From: a bacterium HR16
GTDB taxonomy: Bacteria; Armatimonadota; HRBIN16
NCBI GenBank assembly: GCA_002898895.1
Contig: BEHS01000002.1
Span: 1-57,084 of the forward strand
Length of the DNA stretch: 57,084 nucleotides
Reading direction: 5' to 3'
Shown here: positions 8,715 through 18,200 of the stretch, one piece after another
How positions within the stretch are numbered: position 1 is the first letter of the stretch
Layout: every line of letters begins with the position of its first letter
Notes under the pieces: model-generated
What the model saw: only the letters and a program-made list of their open reading frames with translations
Told to the model about the DNA's origin: nothing
Databases searched by the model: none
Position numbers and translations under genes: made by a program

Positions 8715-11700
8715 TCACTCGATACTCACCTCACCCCACTGCGCCCAATCCCAGCCGTAGTCGCCCAGCGAATCGGTGACCAGGCGCAGCAGCACCGTTT
8801 GCCCTGACCATTCGGCGAGGGAAACCTCGAACGGTATCCATCCCTCGCCCGGGTTTACCGTTTGGTTCCACACCTCTCTGCCGTTTACCTCCACGCTAAA
8901 ACGCACGCCGTTGGACTTGCTCTCCGCGCCGTCGCGGATTCCGGCGAAACCGCGCAGCGATGCTCTCTGCTCGGGCAACCTCGTCAGGAAAGCGAGAAAA
9001 GTCTTGCCGTTGGGCGGGGGATGGGCGAAGAACCCCTTTTTGCCTACCCCGCCGGATGTGCCCGTTGCCGTAATGCCGCGCAGGTAGTCAACCGGCTCAT
9101 GCATCGCCCCGTCCAGCTCGATACCCGTGCGAAACCTCACCTGCGTCAGGTCTGTCGGCAGAGTGATGGGCGCGGGCTCCGTGTAAAGCAGAACGAGCGT
9201 ACACGGTTCGGACAGCAACGGGAAACGGTAGAGGTTGGGGGCGACGGTCCGCCATTCCACATTCCTACCGTTGAGACACGCCCGAAGGAATGGCTGCGGA
9301 GAGTAGACCTCTACCTGTGCATCTTGTGTCTGCTGAACCACCACTCGCGGACGGCTCCAGTAACCCCAGTCGAAATCGGGGGAGGCGTTCGGTCCGGGGT
9401 GTGCCTCCAGGCGAAGGCGAACCCATTGCCCGCGAAGCGTGCTCAAGTCCAGTGTGATTTGCTCCGGTGTCTTCCCCTGGACGTGCCGGGTTGCCGAGAC
9501 AGAAGCGCTTTGCCCGAAGGCAGTGACGGTGAAGATTACGCCGTCGCTTCGGCTGGCGGCGTCGGGAGAGGTGAAGCCCAGCTCGCTACGGAACTCGCAC
9601 CGGCGGTCGGCGGGCAGGGGGAGTGTGTATTCCAGCCACACCTTGCCGCCTGCCCTGGCGCGCCAGGGAGGATGCATGAAGATGCCATCGCCGGAAGGGC
9701 GTGCTACTGCACCTGTCTCGTGCTCGGTGAGGTAGCCCGTAGCACGTTTGCCTGCCCCCCGCATGTCCGTCACGCAGTATCCCACATTCCCTCGCTCTTT
9801 CCACAGCTCTGCCACAACCACCTCACGCGGCACGATGGCAAAACGCGCCCACTCCCCTTCCTGCACTCCCGCTGAAGACACCATTGCCGATTCGGAAAGG
9901 GCGTGCAAGTGCAGGGCGTTCATCTTCGGCGGTTCCGGCACCCAGGGGTAACTACTTGTCGGATTCAGCCCCAGTATCTCCTTGCCGTTGTAAGCGAGCC
10001 AGCCGGGAATCGAACCGCTTACCTGCGCCTGCGTGACACCCTCGATGCGTCTGGCAACGGTGTTCCATCTTTTGCCAATTCGCATCTCGAGACACACCCC
10101 GCTCTTCTCCTGCCGATAACGGGCAAGGTGTCCACTCGCTGTACGGTAGAGAAAGAGGGTGTCCGCCTCCCACAGGGTGGGGGCGAACTCGGGAAGGGGA
10201 CGATTTGCCTGAAACCACCGCGCTTCGTTCCACAGCATCTGTGTTGTTGCGTCCGGTTGGGAGACCTGCTGCTGCGTTAGCCACGCGAAGGTAGGAATCA
10301 CACCCATTCGGTCGTAGGCGGCGCGCCACACTGCGTAGTACTGCCACATCTGCGGGTTGGTCATGCCCAGATAGCCGTAAATCCTCGTGTGGGGGGTAAG
10401 CAGAGCGGAGCTAATCGGGTGCGCCATGCGTACGCGGCTCATCTCCCATCTGGCGTCGGCGTGGTCGATGCCCCACACATGTCGCTGCGCAAAGCTCTCA
10501 TAGCGGAAGGAGATTTCGTTCAAGCCCTCACCGGAAAGGGCAACGTTGGGCAACGCCTCGCGCAGCTCGCGGTGCAGGGCGATATTGCCCTGCATGGCGT
10601 TCATGCCGTCTATCAGCCCATTGGCGTCGTTATAAATGCACAGGGTCTGGTCCAGATGAAGAGCATCGGGCTTCAATCGGCGACATAACTCCACCATACG
10701 CTGCACGAACAGCCTGCGCCATGCTTTCGCCGCGGGGTTGATGTAGGCGAACTTGATGGGCGGGTCTGCGCGTTGCCAGTGCCAGTACATCGGCTCCCCG
10801 CTGAAGGGGTCGCGGAAGTGGTACCGCTTCAGCTGCTCGTAATCGGGGTTTTCGGGGGTGCAGCCGAAGTAGTTCACGTGGAGCATGATGCGGAAGCCCA
10901 GCCGGCGCGCCTGTTCCATCCGCTCGGCAAATCCCTCGCGTGGGGTGTAGTCAGGGTAGTTGCGGTCGTAGCCGTCCTTGCGCCAGTCCGGCACATAGAG
11001 GAGCGTCTGGTGCGGGTTCAGTCGCCTCGCCAGAGCCTGCAGCTTGTCTGTATCGTCCAGGTTGTCGATAACGACCGTCTGAATGTCCCGCACCCACGCC
11101 GGTTGCTTTTTGCGCAGGGACACCAGTCCGAAAGCGTTTTCTGCCCACCGGCGGTACATCGCCACGCCGTTCAGCCAGCTGCCTGCGTACGGGCGGATGC
11201 GCCATCTTACGGATTCCGTCTGTTGAACCCTGTCAAAGGGAGCGGTGCACCACGTTTCAAAGCCTATCCAGAACTGCCCGTCGCGGTGCTGCACGAAGAG
11301 CCGTTTGAAACGCTGCGCATTGTCCTCGGCGTGGATGAGGAAGCCTCCGCGTTTGCCCTGTATCAGCAGGAATTGTGCTTCCCACGTCATCGGGTAGTCG
11401 AACTGCATCGGCTGGAGATCACTGTCCTCGCCGAAGCGCAAACCGCTGTATCCGGGCACAAGCAGATCCCAGTCGTCGGGCAAAGTGATACCCCATTGTA
11501 ACCCCACTAGCCCCGGGCGGGCGCACTCTGCCCGCTGAATCACCACTGCCTCGCCGTCCGGCAGGGCGTGCAAGCGGGTGGTCAGGGTGTGTGTAGCACC
11601 TTGCTCTCGCCATCGGAGGGTGGTTGCTACCTCCTGCCCCGCTACTTTTTGCTCCACCTGCGCGCGGTCGTTCCAGAGGTCTCCGCTTTGCCGATGGCGG

Positions 11701-11912
11701 ATGCCGGTTAACGGCGGTGCGTGCCTCACTGCAAACGCCTCGCCTGTCAATCGGTTGACCAGGCGGGTTATCACACCCTGCTGCATCTCCACCTGCATCC
11801 GTTTCGTGCGCAACGTGGGTTGTAGGTGCGAATCATCATTCGCCCCTGCGGTGGGGGCGTGCAGTACGGAAACCACTATCAACCAGAATATCGTCCAGCC
11901 ACACCTGTGCAT
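8715..11912 (-). CDS. Large secreted protein of unknown family. The central region is plausibly a TIM-barrel glycosidase-like domain, followed by two C-terminal NPCBM-like beta-sandwich repeats.
   Basis: Signal peptide MHRCGWTIFWLIVVSVLHAPTAGA. The central segment FRIMLHVNYFG...PDALHLDQT...ALSGEGLNE alternates strand and helix in a barrel-like pattern. Two C-terminal repeats end in DFDWGYWSRPRVVV and DYGWDWAQWGEVSIE. Confidence 0.6.
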   Translation of the reverse strand: MHRCGWTIFWLIVVSVLHAPTAGANDDSHLQPTLRTKRMQVEMQQGVITRLVNRLTGEAFAVRHAPPLTGIRHRQSGDLWNDRAQVEQKVAGQEVATTLRWREQGATHTLTTRLHALPDGEAVVIQRAECARPGLVGLQWGITLPDDWDLLVPGYSGLRFGEDSDLQPMQFDYPMTWEAQFLLIQGKRGGFLIHAEDNAQRFKRLFVQHRDGQFWIGFETWCTAPFDRVQQTESVRWRIRPYAGSWLNGVAMYRRWAENAFGLVSLRKKQPAWVRDIQTVVIDNLDDTDKLQALARRLNPHQTLLYVPDWRKDGYDRNYPDYTPREGFAERMEQARRLGFRIMLHVNYFGCTPENPDYEQLKRYHFRDPFSGEPMYWHWQRADPPIKFAYINPAAKAWRRLFVQRMVELCRRLKPDALHLDQTLCIYNDANGLIDGMNAMQGNIALHRELREALPNVALSGEGLNEISFRYESFAQRHVWGIDHADARWEMSRVRMAHPISSALLTPHTRIYGYLGMTNPQMWQYYAVWRAAYDRMGVIPTFAWLTQQQVSQPDATTQMLWNEARWFQANRPLPEFAPTLWEADTLFLYRTASGHLARYRQEKSGVCLEMRIGKRWNTVARRIEGVTQAQVSGSIPGWLAYNGKEILGLNPTSSYPWVPEPPKMNALHLHALSESAMVSSAGVQEGEWARFAIVPREVVVAELWKERGNVGYCVTDMRGAGKRATGYLTEHETGAVARPSGDGIFMHPPWRARAGGKVWLEYTLPLPADRRCEFRSELGFTSPDAASRSDGVIFTVTAFGQSASVSATRHVQGKTPEQITLDLSTLRGQWVRLRLEAHPGPNASPDFDWGYWSRPRVVVQQTQDAQVEVYSPQPFLRACLNGRNVEWRTVAPNLYRFPLLSEPCTLVLLYTEPAPITLPTDLTQVRFRTGIELDGAMHEPVDYLRGITATGTSGGVGKKGFFAHPPPNGKTFLAFLTRLPEQRASLRGFAGIRDGAESKSNGVRFSVEVNGREVWNQTVNPGEGWIPFEVSLAEWSGQTVLLRLVTDSLGDYGWDWAQWGEVSIE

Positions 11913-11938
11913 TGGCTACGCTCCTTTTGGGTGGAGAA

Positions 11939-11963
11939 CGGCTCGGCGGGAGCCTCGCTCTCC
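11939..11963. repeat. REP unit, class A (CGGCTCGGCGGGAGCCTCGCTCTCC)
   Basis: Matches the 25-mer that flanks the RAYT gene (2-3 mismatches). Intergenic, between divergent genes. Confidence 0.6.
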
Positions 11964-12084
11964 AGAACTCTTCTGCATGGGCAGGTTCTTTCCTGTTTGT
12001 CCGGCCTCCGAAATCTGCCGACAGGAGCTGCCGTGCATCGGCGCGAAATGAACTGAGAAAACATTATCGAAGGGAGTGCAACCG

Positions 12085-14868
12085 ATGAACTGGCAGGCGA
12101 AGTGGATATGGCATCCGGGCGAAGAGGCGCCGCGCAACTTCTTCTGGGCAGCACGAAAAAGCTTTGCCCTCCCCGCGCGCTTCGGGAAGGTTACCCTGAG
12201 TATTACCGCCGATTCCCGCTACTCGGTATGGGTCAACGGCAACTATATTGGGCACGGTCCCGTACGTGCGTTCCCACATCGCTGGCGGTATGATAGTTAC
12301 GATATCACCCCTCATGTCTGCTCTGGCGAGAACGTGGTAGCGGTGCTGGTACACCACTTTGGGCATTCCACCTTCCAGTATCTGGAGGCACGTGGTGGTC
12401 TGCTGGCGCAGGTGGAGTGCGATGGACAGGTGGTTGCTGCCACCGACCACACGTGGAGAGGTATCGAGCATCCCGCATACGAACGGCGAATGCCTCGCAT
12501 GGCGTGCCAGCAGGCATGGGCGGAGATGTACGATGCCCGTAAAGCACCTGCGCACTGGACTCTCGTCGGCTTCGACGACAGCGCATGGCAAAGCGCTGTC
12601 GTAGTCGGCGAGGTGGGGTGTGCGCCGTGGAAGGAGGTGCTTCCACGCGACATTCCCTTGCTCACGCAGGAGCCGATTCAGCCGGTACGCCTCATGCGGA
12701 TTCAGGCGGTGCGCCCGCCGAGACAGGTGTGGACGTTTGACCTCAAGCCCAACTTCCTGCCGGGCGACCTCACTGCCAACCCGCGCGGGTTCGTGGGGCT
12801 GGTGGCAACGGTGCTGGAGTGTTCCCGTCCGATACAGGTAAGCCTGCGCTCCATGTTCAACGGCTTCCGCGCGGTGCGCATCGACGGCACGGAGTATACG
12901 CCTCAGCAGGCGGCTGAGGGCATCGCACTCTCCTCAGGTGAGCACCTGCTGGTAGCGGATATCTCCGCCCGCTTCTATCACGAGTGGTTCTTCGGTTTCG
13001 TTTTTGACTACGACGAGGGCGAGATGCACCTGCGTTCCCCGCTTGGAGATGCTCAGGCTTATCCGTTCGTGAGTATCGGTCCGTTCCCCTCACAGGATGA
13101 TGCGGGATACCAGTCGGTGTGGCAAGCCACCTCGCTCAACCAGATTGCAAGCCATCCGGCGGTTCAACCCATCCGGTGGGAGCACACCGCCGCTGCGAAT
13201 GTGTTTGCGGATACGGTTCTCGCCAAACCGGTCTCTGCCGAGGCCAGGGTGGAGACGCCGGACGCCCTGCTCGCCGCCAACTCGAACGAGACGGTCATCC
13301 ATCCTGTGAGCGAAGGCGACGTGGAGCTGTTGATAGACTTCGGCAAGGAGCTGGTGGGTTTCTTCGAGATAGACCTGTGCGCTCCTGAGGGTACAGTAAT
13401 TGACCTGAACGCCTTCGAGTATATGGAAGACGGGCGCATTCAGTGGACGTATGGACTGCACAACACCTTCCGTTATATCGCGCGAGAGGGCTGGCAGAGC
13501 TGGCGTTCGGTGGTGCGGCGCGGTTTCCGCTACGCCACGCTCACCGTCCGTTTCCCGCAGGGGGCGAGGGAACCGGTACGCTTGCGCGGGCTGCGCTGTT
13601 ACCTGAACACCTACCCGTATGCGTATCAGGCGCAGTTCCACTGCAGTGATGCCCTGCTGAACGACATCTGGGAGATTTCGCGCCACACGGTGCGCCTGTG
13701 CAGTGAAGACACCTTCGTGGACTGCCCCTCGTATGAGCAGACTTTCTGGGTGGGAGACGCTCGCAACGAGAGCCTGTTCAGCTACACCGCTTTCGGAGAT
13801 GCGCGTCTGGCGCGGAGGTGTCTACTGCTGGCGGGCGAGTCGCTGTGGCGGTCGCCGCTGGTGGAGAGCCAGGTGCCCAGCGGCTGGGAAGATATTCTGA
13901 CCGCGTGGAGCCTGCTGTGGACGATTGCCTGCGAGGAGTACTACCGCTTCACCGGAGACCGCGCGTTTCTGGAAGAGGTGTATCCCGCTGTGCGCCAGCA
14001 GAATCAGAACATCCACGAGCGGTTCATCAACGGACAGGGGTTGCTGGAGATAGAAGCGTGGAATATGCTGGACTGGGCGCCGATGGACACTCCCCGAACG
14101 GGCGTGGTGGCGCACCAGAACATGTGGCTGGTGGAGGCGTGGCGACGCAGTGCAAAGATGGCGCGCATTCTGGGCAACGAGGCGGAGGCGGAGCTGTACT
14201 TGCGCTGGGCGGAGGAGCTGAAGCAGGCGATTAACGCGCATCTGTGGGACGAAGAGAAGCAGGCGTATATCGACTGCATCCATGCCGACGGTCGGCGCAG
14301 TACGGTTATCAGCCAGCAGACGCAGACGGTAGCCTACCTGTGCGACATCGTGCCCGACGAGAAGCGCGCGCTGTTCGAGCGGTACCTCACCGATGTGCCC
14401 GAAGGCTGGGTGCGAGTGGGTAGTCCCTTCATGATGGCGTTCACCATCGAGGCGCTGGAGAAGGCAGGCGATGTGGGGCGAATCCTGCAGCTGATACGTC
14501 GGTGGTGGGGCATGATGGTTGACGCGGGAGCCACATCCTGCTGGGAGACGTTCCCGGGCTATCTTGGTCAGGAGTGGCCCACACGCAGTCACTGCCACGC
14601 CTGGAGCGCGGCGCCGGCGTTCGCGTTGCCATCGTATGTTCTGGGGGTGCGCCCGCTGGAGCCCGGTTTCACGCGATTCGAGGTGCGTCCGTTCCTGGGC
14701 GACCTCGAGTGGGCGAAAGGAGTGGTGCCCACCCCGCACGGGGAGATAGTGGTATCCCTGCGCCGCGAGGGGGAAAGGATACGAGCACAGGTCATCGTGC
14801 CCCAGAATACGGTTGCGGTGATTGGTGGCAAGGAGTACGGCGCAGGGATGCACGAGATCACCATGTAG
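12085..14868 (+). CDS. GH78 alpha-L-rhamnosidase
   Basis: N-terminus MNWQAKWIWHPGEE; (alpha/alpha)6 catalytic-domain motifs FVDCPSYEQTFWVGDARNE and RSHCHAWSAAP. ATG 12085 sits 8 nt after GAAGGGAG; the track ORF starts at GTG 12076. Confidence 0.85.
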   Translation: MNWQAKWIWHPGEEAPRNFFWAARKSFALPARFGKVTLSITADSRYSVWVNGNYIGHGPVRAFPHRWRYDSYDITPHVCSGENVVAVLVHHFGHSTFQYLEARGGLLAQVECDGQVVAATDHTWRGIEHPAYERRMPRMACQQAWAEMYDARKAPAHWTLVGFDDSAWQSAVVVGEVGCAPWKEVLPRDIPLLTQEPIQPVRLMRIQAVRPPRQVWTFDLKPNFLPGDLTANPRGFVGLVATVLECSRPIQVSLRSMFNGFRAVRIDGTEYTPQQAAEGIALSSGEHLLVADISARFYHEWFFGFVFDYDEGEMHLRSPLGDAQAYPFVSIGPFPSQDDAGYQSVWQATSLNQIASHPAVQPIRWEHTAAANVFADTVLAKPVSAEARVETPDALLAANSNETVIHPVSEGDVELLIDFGKELVGFFEIDLCAPEGTVIDLNAFEYMEDGRIQWTYGLHNTFRYIAREGWQSWRSVVRRGFRYATLTVRFPQGAREPVRLRGLRCYLNTYPYAYQAQFHCSDALLNDIWEISRHTVRLCSEDTFVDCPSYEQTFWVGDARNESLFSYTAFGDARLARRCLLLAGESLWRSPLVESQVPSGWEDILTAWSLLWTIACEEYYRFTGDRAFLEEVYPAVRQQNQNIHERFINGQGLLEIEAWNMLDWAPMDTPRTGVVAHQNMWLVEAWRRSAKMARILGNEAEAELYLRWAEELKQAINAHLWDEEKQAYIDCIHADGRRSTVISQQTQTVAYLCDIVPDEKRALFERYLTDVPEGWVRVGSPFMMAFTIEALEKAGDVGRILQLIRRWWGMMVDAGATSCWETFPGYLGQEWPTRSHCHAWSAAPAFALPSYVLGVRPLEPGFTRFEVRPFLGDLEWAKGVVPTPHGEIVVSLRREGERIRAQVIVPQNTVAVIGGKEYGAGMHEITM

Positions 14869-14887
14869 CTATCACCTGACGAGCAGT

Positions 14888-14921
14888 GCCCCGGCAGAGC
14901 CGACATCCGGCTCACCGGGGC
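14888..14921 (+). terminator. Two-tier hairpin downstream of the rhamnosidase gene
   Basis: Outer stem GCCCCGG/CCGGGGC and inner stem GAGCCG/CGGCTC, 20 nt after the stop. There is no clear U-tract. Confidence 0.4.
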
Positions 14922-15000
14922 GTGACAAACCGGCGGGTGCAGAACGCAGGAATGCAGTGCTGCCCCATCGGGTGCGATACCATAACGGCGCTGCGCTTGG

Positions 15001-15079
15001 CTGTTTGTCGTTCCGAATCTCAGAGATGCTTCACTGCGTTACAGGAGCGCGAAACCTCCTTGCCTGCATCCAGATAATC
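15001..15079. repeat. MITE-like palindromic element, shorter/degenerate copy B
   Basis: CTGTTTGTCGTTCCGAATCTCAGAGATGCTTCAC...ATCCAGATAATC shares both ends and the core with copy A at 7531-7648. Confidence 0.45.
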
Positions 15080-15091
15080 GGTCCTGACGCT

Positions 15092-15334
15092 CTAAGAGAC
15101 GCGTCGCGGGTTGCGATTACGGGCGGGCTTGATAAAGCGAAAATGCGCAAGATAGACGGGCAATTCCCGCTCCGGGAATTGCTCGTAAAGCCAGTCAAGG
15201 AACTCAAGGCTGAAGGTTGGGTAGAGTTGCAGGCGTTCCTTGCTCACCGAATCCCGGGTCAGGATCTGCGCATTAGTGAAACCCGCATCTTTCGCTTCGC
15301 GGATCAGCCCTCTCTCCGAGAGGGCGCCCGCCAG
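15092..15334 (-). other. 80-codon in-frame continuation of the methyltransferase beyond the TGA (recoded C-terminus or decaying pseudogene tail)
   Basis: The same frame stays open to TAG 15094-15092. It encodes LAGALSERGLIREAKDAGFTNAQILTRDSVSKERLQLYPTFSLEFLDWLYEQFPERELPVYLAHFRFIKPA..., which resembles the normal C-terminal part of the family. Confidence 0.5.
15299..15331 (-). promoter_or_regulatory. Stem-loop immediately 3' of the in-frame UGA (bacterial SECIS candidate)
   Basis: In the mRNA: upper stem GCCCUCU (15325-15319) / AGAGGGC (15313-15307), apical loop CGGAG, and lower stem GCGG (15331-15328) / CCGC (15302-15299). The upper stem begins 9 nt after the UGA. Confidence 0.3.
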
Positions 15335-15919
15335 TCAGCCCGCGAAGGCGGCTTCGCTGTCGAGCACCGCGCGCGGCAGACGTCCGTTCACCACTGAATC
15401 GGCGAAGATCAGGCGTCCACCGGATTTCAACACGCGATAGAATTCGCGGAACACCTGCCCCTTTTCCGTCGAGAGGTTGATGACGCCGTTCGAGATGATC
15501 ACATCCACGCTTGCATCGTCGAGGGGGATTTGCTCCATTTTGCCTTCGCGGAACTCGACGTTGGTCATTCCGAGGATATGTTGATTCGCCCATGCCCGTG
15601 CGAGCATTTCCGGCGTCATGTCCAGCCCGATGGCGCGCCCCGTTGGTCCAACCTTTTTCGCCGCGATGAAGGTGTCAATGCCCGCGCCGCTACCGATGTC
15701 CAGCACAACTTCGCCGGGCTGCAAATCCGCGTAGCGGACCGGGTTGCCGAGCCCAAGTGCGTAGGCTGTGACCGATTCTGGCAACCACGCGATTTCGTCT
15801 GGGTTGTACAAGCTTTCCGCGACGCCTGTTCCTTGCGGGATGACGGCGCCATAGGATTCGCGCACGATGCGTGCTGCCTCGTCTGCGGAAAACCGAATGC
15901 TTTCAAACTCGTCGCTCAT
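15335..15919 (-). CDS. ArsM-like class I SAM-dependent methyltransferase, as delimited by the in-frame TGA at 15337-15335
   Basis: [35 protein letters not shown]...[30 protein letters not shown]...[10 protein letters not shown] is the arsenite-methyltransferase-type fold. ATG 15919 lies 7 nt after GGAG; the track start 15961 would overlap the upstream gene. Confidence 0.8.
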   Translation of the reverse strand: MSDEFESIRFSADEAARIVRESYGAVIPQGTGVAESLYNPDEIAWLPESVTAYALGLGNPVRYADLQPGEVVLDIGSGAGIDTFIAAKKVGPTGRAIGLDMTPEMLARAWANQHILGMTNVEFREGKMEQIPLDDASVDVIISNGVINLSTEKGQVFREFYRVLKSGGRLIFADSVVNGRLPRAVLDSEAAFAG

Positions 15920-15957
15920 GGTGCATCTCCTTCTGTTGTCAGGCGCAAGACCTCCTC

Positions 15958-17370
15958 TCACGCCGGCTTGATGTTCTGGTTCATCCGGAAGAAGTTCGTC
16001 GGGTCGTACTTCTTCTTGAGCGCCACCAGCCGGTCGTAAGTCGTACCGTAGGCGAATGCGATACGGTCGGTCTCGTCTTGGGTGAGGAAATTGATGTACG
16101 CGCCGCTGCTGGCGAACGGCCGTGACTTGGCGAAAAATTCGCGCGCCCAGGCGATGCAGCGCTGATCCTCAGAAGCCGACTCCCAGCGACCATGCACGTT
16201 CAGCACGTAATTGGCGTCTCGGCTCGAGTATGCCGTCGCCTCGGGCGCTACGCGTCCCGCCTGGCCGCCGATCGTGCCGATGAAAATCTCGCACTGCGGC
16301 GACGGCAGCTTGCCGGCGTATTCGATGAGGGTGTCGATCGCGCCGTCGCCGAGCCGCGAGAAGTTGTGCGACTTCCAGTAGTTGCGCGCACCCGGCGTCA
16401 GGAGTGGATTGAAGGTTTGTTGCCAGGCGGTGTACGGCTGCACGCCGATGTGTTCGCCGAGCACCGTACCGAACCTGCGCAACGGCTCGATTAGCTTCTC
16501 GCCTTCGGTGGGTTGGCCCGCATAGAACAATATGAGTGCGACGATCTCTTTCCCGATGACGTTCTCGGGCAGGAAGGGCAGTGGAGGCGCCTTTCGCGCG
16601 ACCACCCAGACGTTGAGGTCGTCCGGCATCGTCTTGGTGAACCGGGCGAATTGCGTGAGCACGGACTTCGCTTGGTCGAACGGGAAGGCGATGAGCCCGC
16701 TCAGCACGTCCGGCCCTACAGGATGGAGTTGGAACTCGAATCTGGTCACGATACCGAAGTTCCCGCCGCCGCCACGCAGCCCCCAGAAGAGGTCGGCGTT
16801 TTCCGTTTCGCTGGCGTGTACCTTCCTGCCATCTGCCGTGACGACATCCGCCGAGAGCAGGTTGTCCACAGTCATGCCGTATTTCCGGCTCAGCCAGCCA
16901 AAGCCGCCACCGAGCGTCAGTCCGGCAACGCCCGTGGTCGAGTTGATGCCCAGCGGCGTGGCAAGCCCGTGTGCCTGCGTGGCCGCATCGACGTCGGCAA
17001 GGGTGCAGCCGGACTCGACGGACGCCCGGCGGGCGTTTGCGTCCACCTGGACGCCCTTCATCAGCGAGAGGTCGATCATCAGTCCATCATCGCAAACAGC
17101 GTTTCCCGCAATGTTGTGCCCGCCCCCTCGGATCGAGACCAGCAGGTTCTGCTCGCGCGCGAACTTGACGGCATGGATGACATCTTCTGATGACACACAA
17201 CGGGCGATTAGCGCGGGGCTGCGGTCGATCATGGCGTTCCAGACGGTTCGGGACTCCTCATAGCCGACGTCGCCAGGTAGGAGCACTGGTCCGCGGAGGC
17301 GCATCTTTAAACCGTCGAGGGTGTCCTGTTTCAGGTCGATCGCGCGACCTTCTGTCGTTTTCGCTTTCAT
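15958..17370 (-). CDS. FAD-linked oxidase of the VAO/BBE-like family
   Basis: 470 aa. FAD-binding PCMH motif VSIRGGGHNIAGN (His candidate for covalent flavin) and C-terminal BBE-type motif YINF...YDRLVALKKKYDPTNFFRMNQNIKP. Confidence 0.85.
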   Translation of the reverse strand: MKAKTTEGRAIDLKQDTLDGLKMRLRGPVLLPGDVGYEESRTVWNAMIDRSPALIARCVSSEDVIHAVKFAREQNLLVSIRGGGHNIAGNAVCDDGLMIDLSLMKGVQVDANARRASVESGCTLADVDAATQAHGLATPLGINSTTGVAGLTLGGGFGWLSRKYGMTVDNLLSADVVTADGRKVHASETENADLFWGLRGGGGNFGIVTRFEFQLHPVGPDVLSGLIAFPFDQAKSVLTQFARFTKTMPDDLNVWVVARKAPPLPFLPENVIGKEIVALILFYAGQPTEGEKLIEPLRRFGTVLGEHIGVQPYTAWQQTFNPLLTPGARNYWKSHNFSRLGDGAIDTLIEYAGKLPSPQCEIFIGTIGGQAGRVAPEATAYSSRDANYVLNVHGRWESASEDQRCIAWAREFFAKSRPFASSGAYINFLTQDETDRIAFAYGTTYDRLVALKKKYDPTNFFRMNQNIKPA

Positions 17371-17423
17371 AGCACGACCTCTCTTTGTTTTGGAGTTTGA
17401 AGAAACTCCCTAGACTAGCTAGT

Positions 17424-17452
17424 ATTCTACCATTCGTGAATTGAATTGTCAA
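17424..17452 (-). promoter_or_regulatory. Near-consensus sigma70 promoter for the oxidase-methyltransferase pair
   Basis: On the minus strand: TTGACA (17452-17447), a 17-nt spacer, then TAGAAT (17429-17424). This is followed by the 10-bp palindrome ACTAGCTAGT and the hairpin GGAGTTT-CTTC-AAACTCC before the RBS. Confidence 0.55.
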
Positions 17453-17677
17453 GCATTTTGCTTAACTATGCAGCAAAAATCTCTGCCTCCCTGCTTTAAC
17501 CTGTTACTGACGGAGGCGCTGGCAAGCGTACTCAGGCGAGGCAGGGGATATGTGGCTCTTTTGCCGAAATAGGTACGGCATAGCTGTCGGGCAGGAGCCT
17601 TGCTCTTCGGGAGAGGGGGATACAGTCGGCTCACCCGGGGATTCGCCTCTCAGGTGTGGCAGCGCGACAATCCTTCT

Positions 17678-17702
17678 GGAGGGCGAGGCTCCTGCCGAGC
17701 CG
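17678..17702 (+). repeat. REP unit, class A (left flank of RAYT)
   Basis: A 25-mer containing the hairpin GGCTC-CTGCC-GAGCC. An identical copy lies at 37178-37202. Confidence 0.7.
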
Positions 17703-17723
17703 ATTGAGAGGTGAAATGAAAAG

Positions 17724-18191
17724 GTGAGAAACCTGCCAGAAAGAAAACGTCCGGTTCATCGGGTGATTATCCTGCCCAATCGCCCAACTATCGTGTTCGT
17801 GACCGTCTGCACCCATAAACGTCTACGCTGTTTAGCCAGCGAACAGGCACATGCTCTGCTCAACGATGTCTGGCTAAAAGCAGACAGTTGGCAGGTTGGG
17901 CGATATGTGGTTATGCCTGACCATGTTCACCTGTTCGCAGCACCCACAGACCCCGATGTGGATTTAGAAAGGTGGGTCCGCTACTGGAAGTCGCTTTTTT
18001 CGCGTCCATATCAAAAGCAAATGCCAACTTTTCGTTGGCAGTCGGGATACTGGGACACAACGTTACGCTGGTTCGACAGTTACGACCAGAAATGGGAATA
18101 TGTGCGTTTGAATCCTGTGAGACACGGGTTGGTTCAAAACCCGCAGGATTGGCCCTATCAGGGCGAGTTGAATGTGCTGGCTTGGTTTTAA
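17724..18191 (+). CDS. REP-associated tyrosine transposase (RAYT; IS200/IS605 TnpA-like Y1 HUH enzyme)
   Basis: 155 aa. HUH motif VVMPDHVHLFAAP and catalytic Tyr region QKWEYVRLNPVRHGLVQNPQDWPY. No TnpB-type partner gene is present. Confidence 0.8.
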   Translation: MRNLPERKRPVHRVIILPNRPTIVFVTVCTHKRLRCLASEQAHALLNDVWLKADSWQVGRYVVMPDHVHLFAAPTDPDVDLERWVRYWKSLFSRPYQKQMPTFRWQSGYWDTTLRWFDSYDQKWEYVRLNPVRHGLVQNPQDWPYQGELNVLAWF

Positions 18192-18200
18192 ACAATATTT

